This document shows positions 1-12,599 of a stretch of 64,000 nucleotides of DNA, one piece after another. Within the stretch, counting starts at the first letter, position 1. The number at the start of each line of letters is the position of its first letter. The notes below the pieces were generated by a model, which searched no databases, had not been told where the DNA came from, and was given only the letters and a program-made list of their open reading frames with translations. A program made the position numbers and the translations under genes. Source of the stretch: Octopus sinensis (Eukaryota); NCBI RefSeq assembly GCF_006345805.1, contig NC_042998.1:126914001-126978000 (forward strand), in the 5' to 3' direction.

Positions 1-1
1 T

Positions 2-850
2 CATGATTTGACTTTTTAGCTCATGTAGTTCTGTCGGGTCAATATTTGTGTGACTTTCTTCATCTATTTGATGTTCATCTGTCTTAGTGTTTATATTTGG
101 TTCAGGGAGTATTTCACTTTGCCTATCACTTATACTAACTCTTTCAATCCTTACTTCGTTTGTATTAGCTCTGAGCTGGTCTATAATTATTTCCTCTGTA
201 TTATCTTCTTTAGCTGCAGCTTCGTTCATTCTATCCGTTACTGCTTGTTTAATTTGATCAGTCTCTACTTCAGTCAGTAATTTTTTTTTTATAATGTTTC
301 TTCTGACGTTGGCAAGTTTGTTACTGTCTATGTAGGGTCTTACTTCAGGGTGTTTCTGTCTCCAGTTTATGTAGGCTTGTATAGTGTTCGATTTATCTGT
401 GGGGAAATATATGGCATGATAGAAGGCTGCAAGAACTTCTTTATTATCTTCCCTAGTCCATTTTTCCTTCTTTTTCTTTTGAGTGTTTGGTGACGAGCAT
501 GGATGGCCATCTGTTGGAATATTCCAGTTGCGGGGTACGTCCAGCTCCTGTGTGTCGGGAAGATTTGATCCAGTAGCTGATTTTTCAATCAGACTTTGGT
601 GCAATTTTCGGGTACGTGGTCTTTTGTAATCCGCGTAATGACCAATGCGGTTTATTGTTTGATTTGTTGACCTTGAAGCATGACGAGCTTCGACTCTTAC
701 ATTAAGAGACGGATCTGTCAGTTTAGGATTTTCTGCACGTAAACATTGTTCGTAGCGTAGTTTCCTAAGGCTAGCAGATCTGTATTCGTCTGTATTTTTT
801 GTTGTTGATAGTTTTATCTCCGGGCATAGTTTTCCCTTCTTTTTATTTAT
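2..850 (-). CDS. 5' part of R4/Dong-clade non-LTR retrotransposon ORF (open, runs off left window edge)
   Basis: Hand translation: stop-free frame 850->2 (283 codons, after TAA at 853-851), missing from the ORF track because it has no stop in the window. Contains KKEKWTREDNKEVLAAFY...WRQKHPEVRPYIDSNKLANVRRNIIKKKLLTEVETDQIKQ, matching the Myb-like N-terminal region I recall for R4/Dong ORFs; ends ...ELHELKSQIM. Confidence 0.8.
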   Translation of the reverse strand, partial: MNKKKGKLCPEIKLSTTKNTDEYRSASLRKLRYEQCLRAENPKLTDPSLNVRVEARHASRSTNQTINRIGHYADYKRPRTRKLHQSLIEKSATGSNLPDTQELDVPRNWNIPTDGHPCSSPNTQKKKKEKWTREDNKEVLAAFYHAIYFPTDKSNTIQAYINWRQKHPEVRPYIDSNKLANVRRNIIKKKLLTEVETDQIKQAVTDRMNEAAAKEDNTEEIIIDQLRANTNEVRIERVSISDRQSEILPEPNINTKTDEHQIDEESHTNIDPTELHELKSQIM

Positions 851-1592
851 TTATTCATTTATTTCTCTAAACTTATGAAAGGTTCACTCTCGCTGTATTA
901 GTTCGAAAAAATGAGAATAAAATACGAGAAAAAAAAAATAATAAACAAATATAAAATAAGAATTATCATCATCACTGTCATCACTGTCATCATCATCATC
1001 ATCATCAATGACATTGTTTTATGTGTAGTCACAGCGGTAGCTTATTATTATTATTATTCTCACTATCACCATCACCACGGTAGAGTGGTCATGTTCTATA
1101 AATAGATTCATCAGATGGTGGACAAAGGACATTTTGGGTCAGGAAAAGGTCAAATCTGTTTACTAGTACCAGCGTTATCTTGAAAAGCAATCCAGCTATA
1201 TATATATACCTATACACATATGTATATATATATGTATATTCACATACGCATATTTTCTGATATTCACTCGATAATTTTTTTTTTCCTTTTAATTTCTGAG
1301 TTCAATTGTGTTTGGAAAAAAAAAAAAAGATTTTTGCAAAGGGAAGAATGTTTACATTTTCGAATGCTCAGAAAATTTTTCTTTTCTTTTTAAAAGTTTA
1401 AAAGTTATGCTGTGGTTTACAGTTTTTGTAGTTGTGCAGTGTATATATATTGGTATACGCTTACTTCCATAGTTTTTTATCGTGCATTTAATTGTGTTGT
1501 TACAATAAAAGGAAATTATTATTATTATTATTATTATCATTATTATTATTATTATTATTATTGTTGTTGTTGTTGTTGTTGTTATCATTTCA

Positions 1593-2825
1593 AAGGTGGC
1601 GGGCTGACAGAATCGTTAGGAGGCCGGGCGAAATGATCAGTAGTATTTCGTCTCTCGCTACGTTTTGAGTTCAAATTCTGCCGAGGTTGAATTTGCTTTT
1701 CATCATTTCGGGGTCGATAAAATAAGTACCAATTGAGTACTGGGGCCGAAGCAGTCGACTTACTCCCTCCCAGATATTGCTGACTTGGAAATCATTATTA
1801 TTATTATTATTATTATCATTATTATTATTATTATTATTATTGCTTAACGGTAATGTAATCGAGTTACCCCTCCCCCCAAATTTCAGGTCTTGTGCCTATG
1901 GTAGAAAAATTATTATTACTATTGAATCATTATAATTATTATTATTAGAGCAGTGAGCTAGCAGAATGGTTGGCACACCGGGCTAAACGCTTAGTGGCAT
2001 TTTTCCTGTCAGTACGTTTCCAGTCCAAATTCAGTCGCGGTCGACTACACCTTTCATCGTCTTGGGGTCGATAAAATAACTAACTGTTGAATACTGGGGT
2101 AAATGTAACCTTATTTCTTTATTGCCTACAAGGGTCAAACATAGAGGGGACAAACAAAGGGATTAAGTCGATTAGATCGGCCCCAGTTTATAACTGGTAC
2201 TTAGTTTATCGACCTTGGCGGAATTTGAACACAGAACGTAACGTCAGACGAAATACTGGTAAGCAGTTTGCCCGGCGTGCTAACGTTTCTGCCAGTTCGC
2301 CGCCTTACTGGCGTAAATGTAATCAACCTACCCTCTTCTGAAATTACTAGCCTTGCGTCAAAATATGAAACCATAATAATTATAATCATTTTTATTAAAA
2401 CAGTAAGTTAGCTATTCGTCAGAGGGTCGGACAAAATGTTTAACGGCACTGCTGATTTACGTTCTGAGTTAAAATACCACCGAGGTCGACTTGGCCTTTC
2501 AGCTTCTCGGTATCCATAAAATAAGTACCAGTTGAGCATTGGGAGCGATGTAATCGACTTAACCCCTCCCCTGAAATTAGTGGTCTTGTACCAAAACTAG
2601 AAAAATTAAGGCAGCAAGTTGCCAGAATCATTATCTCAGTGGACAAAATGTCTAGTGGCATTTCTTCCGGTTTTATGTTCTGAGTTCAAATCCCGACGAG
2701 GTTGACTTTTCTTTTCATCATTTCGCGGTTGGTTATTTTACCTTTCAAGAAGTGGGGTCGATGCAATGAACTCCCCTTACCCCTCAAAACTACTGGCCGT
2801 TGCGCCCCAAATTTGAAGCAATTGC
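1593..2825. mobile_element. Cluster of about six tRNA-derived SINE family A copies interleaved with (TTA)n
   Basis: Repeated head ggcggcgagctggcagaatcgttag, core tacgttctgagttcaaattccgccgaggtcgactttgcctttcatc and ggggtcgataaaataagtacc at about 1593-1792(+), 1845-1912(+, 3' part), 1947-2110(+), 2112-2306(-), 2400-2605(+), 2607-2825(+). Confidence 0.8.
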
Positions 2826-3861
2826 TGTTATTCTTCTCTAGTCGGAGGCCACGATATTTAGCAGCACCGTTATTTCATCCTTCTATAGACAGATATGACC
2901 ATTAAATCTCATTAAACTGAAGTATGATCTCATTTTGTTCATGTTTAAAACTAAAAAGACGGTATTTTCAATTTTTGAGATATATGCTTAATGATGTTCT
3001 AACTCCAACAATTCCTCTCATTCACTCGCTTTTCTAGCAACAGTTAGAAAGGCAGGTGAATAAGGAAAATTACGAAAAAAACAAAAGAAAACAAAAAACA
3101 AATATCTCCTAAACTTTTATGTTACCATTCTTATTTAAATTTTCTTAAAATTTCATTATCTATTTTCATATCTATTAAGTGTTTGCCAAACTATAAATTC
3201 TTCTGGCAATAAACAAGAAATTTGAACTTCATTATTAAATTGCTAATAATATTTGATTTCAGTTCATCTTTGTCTTCTGTTAAGCGATAAAGCATGTTTA
3301 TTTAGAAAAAATCTGGAAACAGAAACAATTAATAAACTATTAAAGAAATCAATACATTTTTAATTACAAAAAACAATTTCTTACATTAGTTCACATTCGG
3401 AGTGATTTTTGCATTAATTGTCCTCTTTTTATCGATCAATGAAAGACGAAAGCAAAATTGGGTAGCCTCAACAGAATTCAAATCGAACTCATACTGTAAC
3501 TGCAAAGAACAGTGTATCATACCTGTAAGGTACAAAATAGATAGTAACCCATATACATATATACGTATATATTTTTCGTTGCGTCTGTGCGTATTTGTGC
3601 ATACATAAACTGCTGATTTGTTTGAAAATAATTCTAGATGCAGTAAGATTTAATATATTGTGTTATAAGATGGAATATTCTTTAAACGATTCAAATCTAT
3701 AATAACGACTTAGACTTAAGGCTTCCAGCAGGAATTAGGTAAGCATGAAGCTGCATCTTCCTGAGAATAATGTGAAGATTTAATCTTATTGGATTGTCAA
3801 TAAATTTCAAAACTTTTCTTGCATAGTTCTCAATGCCGTTAGTCACAACCTGAATATTGTT

Positions 3862-3872
3862 TTATACATACA

Positions 3873-3937
<65 letters not shown>

Positions 3938-4030
3938 TTTCTTTCTTTCTTTCTTTCTTTCTCTCTTTCTCTCTCTCTCTCTCTCCTCTCTCTTTCTCCC
4001 TCTTTCTATATATATATATATATAGATATA
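3862..4030. repeat. Compound (CT)n/(TTTC)n/(TA)n microsatellite
   Basis: Directly visible. Confidence 0.95.
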
Positions 4031-4243
4031 TACAGATATAAATACACACACATATATGCCTGTGCTCGCGTGTTTGCTACATGTCTGTATGGTTGTGGTA
4101 TGTATACATGCATGTTCTTAACTAATATATATTTACATACATATATACATTTATGTATACGTATATTAGTGTATATCTTTGTATATGTATGCATTCACAC
4201 ATGCACATGTCTGTCTGTCTATTTATCTATCTCCTCTCTATCC

Positions 4244-4245
<2 letters not shown>

Positions 4246-4293
<48 letters not shown>

Positions 4294-4322
4294 ACAGACA
4301 ACACACAAACACACGTACACAC
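4246..4322. repeat. (CA)n microsatellite
   Basis: Directly visible. Confidence 0.95.
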
Positions 4323-4950
4323 ATACACGCATAAACATACAGCCGTCATTAGTCCTTTGAGTAGTAAAGATTGTCCACCAAATATATCTTCTTTCATGTT
4401 TGTCAATGTGTAAGTCATTATGTTTCCTCTGTCCTCCCTGGGGACAATTTTTCTCTTGAACTGGAAATAATTGTTTGTTTGAACAACAATGGTCTGAAAT
4501 TCGTACGATACGGCAGAACTATCGGATGTGATGTCACTTATTCATACTTCTACAGATATTAAGTTTACTCGAGTACTCTGACAATTCACCGTTTTCTCAG
4601 CCTCGCAGTGAGCTTGATTTTCTTTAGACATTTCTGGTGGCATACATTCACGTATCCTTATCCTAGAGGCCAAACCCGGTTTCTATCTGGTCGGTGCTTG
4701 TGGATTCAAGATCTGTGTTTTTCTTATGTTGAGAATTATACTATAGCATATGTCACTAAAAATTTGATATTTCGCTGTAGATGTGCTGAAGTTGGGCTAA
4801 TTGTAGCATTATCTGGACATTAAACATTGGCTTCTAATGAAACCGTGGTCTTAATGGGACACGGCCGCTAGATGATTGCCAGAGGAATCTTGAGGCTAGA
4901 CAAAGTCTGGGGGATGCCTGTACGCACTTTCATTTAGTGTAGACCAAGTA

Positions 4951-5026
4951 CAAGGTGCGCCAGAAATGTTGCCCAATTTCAAATTATTAGCTTTTGAAAT
5001 ATGGGAAACCTTTCTGCCGCACTCTG
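4951..5026. mobile_element. 76-bp Tc1/mariner-type mini-MITE
   Basis: TA on both sides (4949-50, 5027-28); left caaggtgcgccagaaatgttgccca vs right reverse complement cagagtgcggcagaaaggtttccca (20/25 identical); nearly fully palindromic. Confidence 0.7.
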
Positions 5027-6014
5027 TATATATAACATTAGTATGGACAAGATCGTGAGAGTGAGATCTCTTACTAAAAGGACCAAAACAATGAAACTAC
5101 CTACAGTAAGTTTTAAATTCGGTCAGCACTCTTTCATTAAACTAAACTCTCAGACGTTCCACTCTATCTTCTGATGTATTGCAAAATACTGTAAATGCTG
5201 ACAGTACTTCAAAATAGAACTGCATGCCACTATAAGCATGGGCTGGAGTGGAAAACAGAAAATGGTTCGTTGCTGTGTTCAAAACTTCCCATTTTGCTCT
5301 AGTACTCAGCCTTAAACTTGAAAGCGACTAATCGAACTCGACTTTTATTCAAATTACAACTATAACAAAAGTTGTTGTGTACCATCTCCCTATTCGCTAA
5401 ACACGTTATTCACATACTTCCATGAACAGGTGAGTATTTTCCTTGCAAAATCAAAATCTTTCTTTCTCTGCTTTTCCCATATACATATTGATATCTAATA
5501 AAATAAATGTTTTCTGATTGACAAATTCTAAAATAATGAACATACTCAACGGATACAAGTTGTCATAAAATCTCTGTTAAAATCCAGCATTCGACATACT
5601 TAAATGTGGATAATAGGTGAAAATACCACGAATTAGGATGTCAGTTTTTCATAAATTTGACTGCCGATACGACATACTTCTACCTCTAGCATGCAGGAAA
5701 GCTCAAGGAATGTAAAAATAAATGTAATTTTCCAAAGAGACAATGTGATGCCAGTTATAGGATATAGATTCATCAGTTTTTAGGATGGTAGTATTATTCT
5801 TCGTCCACTCAACCATTCAGTTTAAATTTCTAGTTTTACTTTCCATCCAATATACTCCTCGTGTACCATCTATAGCCTTCAAAACTATATACAAAGTATA
5901 TTATAGTATGTTCTTAACAACAACAACAGTAACAAGAACAGCAACAGCAACAACAACAACAACAACAACCACAGCAACAACAGCAACAACAACAATAATA
6001 ATAATAATAATAAT

Positions 6015-7103
6015 ATAGCAATGAACAGGTACTTATCTAGTACAGAGGACCGAATGCTGCTGCTTGTGTGCAAACATGAAGCAGCAAAAAATCACATTTT
6101 CTGGTCAAGAAAGCTTGCAAATTCGCAAGGGAACTTGGTATTCACCCTGAAATAGATGAAGAACCTGAAACTACTGCCACAAAACAAGACTGGAAAAAGA
6201 GCGAGTAGAAACAAATTGAGGAACGGTGGGACTAGAAGCCTCTGCATGGACAGTATATACTTCGAGGTGGAAATGCTGATCAGTGGCTGAGAAGTTGGGG
6301 ACTGAAACAAATTGAAGGTTTCATATTGGAGGCACAAGATCAAAGCTTGCTTACAAAAAACTACCAGGCTAACATTCTTCAAAGTGATTATGACCCTAAA
6401 TGCAGATTCTGCGACACATTTGACGAAACAATAGAACATCTCGTCTCCCGATGTCCTGTACTGACACCAAACGAATACAAAAATCACCACGATAGGGTAG
6501 GACAGTATTTACACTGGAAAATATGTAAACACTACATATCCTCCTGAGACAGTCGCTGATGGTAAAAATGTCACTATTCTCTGGGATTTTCCAGTTAACA
6601 CTAATCGACCAGATATAATTACTAAAAACAAGGAAGAAAATTCTAGTAGGATAATAGATGTAAGTGTTCCCAATGATAAAAATATATCTGTAAACGAATT
6701 TGACAAATTAAATAAATATAAAGACCTGGAAATTGAACTTCAAAAAATGTGGCATGTTAAAGAGAGAACTGTTCTTGTTATTGTGGATGTTGAAAGGGAT
6801 TCTTAGAGGTTTGGATAATTCACCTTTGGAAACATGGGTGGTTCGTCACAACATCCTTAAACAATCCTTATTCAGGGACCTTTTGAGCGGAATGGACTAC
6901 TCGACCAGAAGAAAATTGTAACTGGGCCCCACCCGCAAGGTCATGTGCCGTTTATCTTGATATGAGATCACCATGTCACGCACAAATGGTTGTGATGTAT
7001 GTGCCTGGTGTACCCTTATCAGACGGGTAGTCATAATAGGTATATTGGGCTTCGTATATTTTACCCCAGTGTCACTTTGATACCATGGACTGCTCTCTCA
7101 CTC
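6015..7103 (+). mobile_element. 5'-truncated, internally deleted R4/Dong LINE (CCHC + RLE fragment + long-type 3' UTR)
   Basis: Translates to HGQY..QWLRSWGLK..EGFILEAQDQSLLTKNY..CRFCDTFDETIEHLVSRC..HDRV..NRPDII..IIDVSVPND..KYKDLEIE; joined at about 6790 to the same 3' sequence seen at 33.2-33.5 kb and 44 kb; (AAT)n on both sides. Confidence 0.85.
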
Positions 7104-7128
7104 AATAATAATAATAATAATGATGATG

Positions 7129-7200
<72 letters not shown>

Positions 7201-7818
7201 TAATAATAAATGTTCTGATACGAAGGGAAATGCTCTCACTAAGATGTAGAAGAATGAAGGATTCCATCCTTGAGTGTCAATGATATATTTCGGTTCGAGC
7301 TAAAAGGCAATAGATCTCCTTTCACAAACTGCCATAAATTGATGCCAGAAACATCCGATTGAAGCTGGATTTGAACAGACATTGCTACCACCTAAGAAAG
7401 GGCTAGTTTATATAAAATGAGGTTAGAATGACATTTCATGATAGGCAGATAATGTTTTCCCATAGTGATTACAGAAATGGCAAAAGGATTAATGTCTGCT
7501 AGCAAACTTTAGAAGATTAAGATATTTCTGTACAATAGCTGAATGGACTTGTGCATGTAACATAGTAAATCCGCCGAACCAATTAGAGAATTCGGTTTTG
7601 TGAATTTACGATTTCGGAATAAGTCCGAAACAATCCTGTTGATCGCTAAACGACGCAGTGAAATGTCATATCCTTCCCTCTGTACCATTTCTTCCCACCC
7701 AGTTTAGCAATTATCAGCAACCGTGCTTATTTCCATTTCGAATTCGAGCCAACAAAAAGCGATTAAATGTTCGAATGAATACATTTGTGGTTTATGTATG
7801 TACGTATGTTATCACCGT

Positions 7819-8176
7819 GGAGGCGCAGTGGTCTAGTGGTTAGGGCAGCGGACTCGCGGTCATAGGATCGCGGTTTCGATTCTCAGACCGGACGTTTATT
7901 GAGTGAACACACCTAAAGCTTCACGAGGCTCCGGCAGGGGGTGGTGGTGAACTTTGCTATAGTCTTTCACCACAACTTTCTCTCACTCTTTCTGCCTGTT
8001 TCTGCTGTACCTGTATTTCAAAGGGGCAGCCTTGCACACTCTGTGTCATGCTGAATCTCCCCGAGAACTACGTTAAGGGTACACGTGTCTCAGCTAATTG
8101 CACGTTAATTTCACGAGGAGGCTGTTCCGTTGATCGCATCAACTGGAACCTTCATCGTCGTAACCGACGGAGTGTC
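7819..8176 (+). mobile_element. tRNA-derived SINE family C
   Basis: Head ggaggcgcagtggtctagtggttagggcagcggactcgcggtc...ggtttcgattc (A/B-box-like), body and tail ...cgtcgtaaccgacggagtg. Confidence 0.8.
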
Positions 8177-8232
8177 ACGATGATGTTATCACCTATCTAC
8201 ATACCCTCCTCAGTATGCATGTGCAAATATCT

Positions 8233-8354
<122 letters not shown>

Positions 8355-8441
8355 GATTGTTATCTCGTTTGGCTCCTGATTAAACTGAGCTTCTTGTGCA
8401 TAATCCGTATAAAAACTTCAAGCCGTCCCCATTTAGATATA

Positions 8442-8675
8442 TATTTCTTTACTGCCCACAAGGGGCTAAACATAGAGGGGACAAACAAGGACAGACAAAC
8501 GGACTAAGTCGATTACATCGACCCCAGTGTGAAACTAGTACTTAATTTATCGACCCCGAAAGGATGAAAGGCAAAGTCAACCTCGGCGGAATTTGAACTC
8601 AGAACGTAACCGCAGACGAGATACGGCTACGCATTTCGCCCCGCGCGCTAACGTTTCTGCCAGTTCGCCGCCTTA
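8442..8675 (-). mobile_element. SINE family A, full length, 17-bp target-site duplication
   Basis: Family A sequence; gtccccatttagatata at 8425-8441 and 8676-8692. Confidence 0.9.
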
Positions 8676-9683
8676 GTCCCCATTTAGATATAACAGTTGA
8701 TCTGAAATCGCTCTTAAATTTACACCCCAGTGTTATTTACCTCGAATCTACTCCTACAATACAACAGGGTTAAAATAGTCCCATCATATATATTATAAAC
8801 CCCACGCTTTTGATGTTTATTTCTTTTGTATTTACGAACCCTTTGCGGGTAGATGATTATAATTATTGGTGTTGTAGTTGTTTCTTATCTATGCCAAACC
8901 TGAATTATCAGGTCATTCCATAAGTTCTGTCCGAATTTTGAATAAAGAAAACAAGTGATCAAATGTTATATTTAATTGACATTTAATCTCCAGTGTACTT
9001 TCTCTGATTATCTATGATTTCCTTCCATCTATTTACAAGCTTTTTAATCCCATCAATGTAAAATTCTTTTGGTTTCAAAGCGAAGAGATCAGCTGATTTA
9101 GTGTCACACTTCCTCAATAACTAATGCTACAATATTGGAAACGATGAAATGCTGAAATGCGAGTGTCTCTATAAAAGCAATCGGTGATGACATTATCCTT
9201 TACTTTTGTGACAAAATATGAGCAGATGATCAACATTGCCATAAATGACGTCTCAACGTAACAAAAATATCCTGGAGTTCCGGACATACACTTTACTACT
9301 GGTTGTTGAGAGTAAAAAAGTAGAGTCATTTAAGAGCTGTTTGCCTAGAACGGCTGGAGAAGCCAAAGGATAAGAATAGCAAGAACAATAATAGTATGCT
9401 ATGGAGATGTTCATTTCCAGATCAACAGTCGGAACTCCGAAAATGTTAGAGTTCCAAGAGCTGCTCTGCTATCCGACAGAAATCGTTTTCGGTCATAGCT
9501 AATAGTGACACCCAACTATGCCTTCAAACATCGCAGGTGGTCAATAAAATATTTGTCAGTAAAGTACTAAGGTGGATATAAACGACTGTACTGCATCTAA
9601 AACAATTTGTTGCATTATGGCAAATTTAAGAATTATTAAGAACATAATGATGGAAACTTAGAACTATTATTATTAGTGTTATT

Positions 9684-9912
9684 AAGGCGGCGAGCTGGCG
9701 GATTCATTAACACGACAGACAAAGTGCTTAGCGACATTTCGTTGGTCTTTATGTTCTGCGTTCAAACACTGTCGAGGTTGACCGTGCTTTGATCGTTTTG
9801 AAATCGATAAAATAAGAAACACTTACGCATTGGGGTCAATGTAATAGACTATAACACTCCCCCCACACAAAAGAATTCAGGCCTTGTACCTATAGTAGAA
9901 AGGATTATTATT
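9684..9912 (+). mobile_element. SINE family A
   Basis: aaggcggcgagctggcgg head, degenerate core, tail ending in att repeats. Confidence 0.8.
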
Positions 9913-10439
9913 AGCGTTTTTTTGTTACGTACCTTATATTCTGAGTACAACTAGAGGCGTGATCAACTTGTTTCATCACTCCGGGGTATTGATATATATT
10001 TATATACTAGAAAAATACTGGAGACAATTAAATCTAACGCAGCATTTCCACATAATGTATTGTTTAATGTTAGAAAGTATTATTATTGCACCAGGTAGCA
10101 CATTTTCTTGTCTGAATATTTATTGGTACTTAGGTCAAAAATGCGTTTAATTTCCACATACAAGAGATGCTTTCGGAAATAATACTAATTTTATGTAATC
10201 GCTTATAATTTCATGTTTTTATATGATATATCGCCTTTGACCTTCAGCCTGGGCTTGGTGTCGAGAGAAAAATAAATAATTTTCCTTCTTAATTTGCTTG
10301 AACTATTTCAAATAGCTATTTTTCAAAGTAAAATGTTAGACAAAATTCAGAATTTTATGTTTAATCCACTCAAAATTTCCCAAATAAATTTGACAAAGAA
10401 AATGACTGACAAACTCAGACAATATGGAAGAGTTTAAGA

Positions 10440-10960
10440 ACTAAACGAATTTTTAAAATCGTACCTTCATCTTTTTTAAGCAAGGCCAGATATAGGCCCC
10501 CCGAATTCTGACCTTCCTTTCTTCTCTCCACTGATATAGCAAAATATTCTACTGTACTCTTCACAGACATAATCTCAATATTTTTACATGAAGAAACTAA
10601 AGATGCGAATACAAAAAATGTACTGTTACATACATGTGGAAGTCCACGTTCTCACTATTTTAAGAAGGATTTCCAATAGATCCTGGACACTACTCATCGT
10701 TTTTCCGAGATTTCTAACTTCAAATCATTCATTTGAGATCCGACAAATTTGCCAATCTTGCATTGATATCTCAGAGAGCTTTGGAAACAGGTAACTCCTC
10801 GAAAATTTCAATTTCAAAATATAAGGCTTTACAATCTACTTCATCAATCCAAATCTTATATAAAGTAATAAATCATTTTCAGCTTCTACAAGAGGCCCCC
10901 TGACAACATCATCATTTATCATTCCTGGTTGTAATTTCTGTTGTGGTACTTACTGAAATT
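10440..10960 (-). pseudogene. Possible degenerate hAT transposase C-terminal fragment
   Basis: Frameshifted pieces DEVDCKALYFEIEIFEELP, LLEILLKI, IMSVKSTVEYFAISVER loosely resemble the hAT dimerisation region; weak, by eye only. Confidence 0.3.
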
Positions 10961-12134
10961 TATATACTATGGCCACCAATAGCTCTCCTATCTCGTAAAC
11001 AAAGGAAACATTAATATTTTATACATTCATTTTGCAAATCAAGCATAAAAACAAGCATATTGAAAACACTATGCACCCCTGCATTGTTGATTTTGGAAAA
11101 TAATGCTTAAGATTTTCGTAACCTTTTATTTGTGGCATGTATTAAAAGAGTTAGAGATGAATATGTTTCTCTGTTGTACAGTAAAAGACAGTTAGTGTTG
11201 GGTTGTCATGCTTCAGTCCAAGTACTGTGAACAAACAATTCCCGTCTTGGCAGTAACACAAATCTTCACGAAAATCAGCATATGGTGCAAATTCTGTATA
11301 TTTTCCAGTACATAGTAGTATTAAAATCTTAACCTATTTAATCCTTTCTTTTTAGTCTGAATTCCGATGAGTTTATTCTCCGTTAATTCACTATACTTTA
11401 TAACACCAAGTGTGGTGTTTCTTCAGCTCTCTACTAGGCTGATAGCTTCTACATATTTAATGAGAGCCCCAAGATTTATCGTGGTCACTAATAGGCATTT
11501 GAAAGTACCTTATATGCCACCTAGCGTTTGACACGTTCACAACTTTGTGTGATACCTACTTGGTAGCTGTATAACAGGATGTAACTGTCACAGTTTTGTT
11601 TCCACTGTTTGTCATATTCCATAAAGTTGATTCACAATTCTAAAAAACGATCTGAAATAGAAAAACATAATTGTTTGATATGGAGGTGATAGGGCTATTT
11701 TCTACTTTGTAACTGATTTAAAATTAAAAATACGAATCAGATTTATAATTGTAAGTCGGTAATGGTTGACGATAGAGAAAAACTATTATCATGTTTGGAA
11801 TCAGCCTAAATTTAGTATTAAGCAGAGAGCAAAATCGTGATAAACACATTTTGTTTTCTCTTTCTACAGCAATTTTATGTGTATAGATTCTTATGTAAGT
11901 AAAACGATATGCTTGTATGTAAAACAATTACAGCTATGCATTTATATTCTCTATCCCCTTAAGGCAGATTCAGATAATTCTGTGAACATTTGGAATGAAC
12001 CATTTACATAATTTTTTTATCCTAGAAAATAATTGAGATACGCAATGTTACTTGCTCAATATTAATTATGATGGTTATTTGCCAAAATATCAATTCCACA
12101 TACTGAATTTCATGCTACACACACACACACACAA

Positions 12135-12193
<59 letters not shown>

Positions 12194-12415
12194 AACACAC
12201 GCTTTCTCTCTCTCTCTCTCTCATTCTCTTACACACACACCTCTCTATGCCTTTGGGCACATATATGAGTTCTCTAATATAATTTTCTTTTCGTTCACCA
12301 TTTTGATTTTCTCTTTCTTGCGTTATATTTGTGTGTGTGTGTAGATTGTTTGAAGTAGTATACAGATTTTATATATTAGGAAAAAGGATGTAGTCAGAAT
12401 TTTGGAGAATTATCT

Positions 12416-12453
12416 ATTCAGCGCTTTCATCTCGCTACAGATTCATCAGGAAT
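12416..12453 (-). ncRNA. Hammerhead-like motif lacking the cleavage-site nucleotide (probably inactive)
   Basis: Minus strand ATTC-CTGATGA-ATCT-gtagcg-AGAT-GAAA-GCGC-T-GAAT: stem I 4 bp, stem II 4 bp, palindromic AGCGCT stem III, but no H17. Confidence 0.35.
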
Positions 12454-12599
12454 GATTTTTTACAGAATTTCCTTCACCGCCAGTCATCACTTGTCGTCTA
12501 AAATGGCGTGGTAACATTTATTATGCCTTTGCCAGATGTTTTAAGTACCTATATAGTGATGAGCTGACATAGACATAATCTAGACCATCCCCTTCTTGA

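Noticed and set aside
50-588. Track ORFs 50-280(+) and 367-588(-)
   Set aside because: Antisense or off-frame shadows of the real Dong frame 850->2.
5427-5435. Consensus splice donor CAG|GTGAGT
   Set aside because: No supportable upstream exon or downstream partner; one such 9-mer in 64 kb is plausible by chance.
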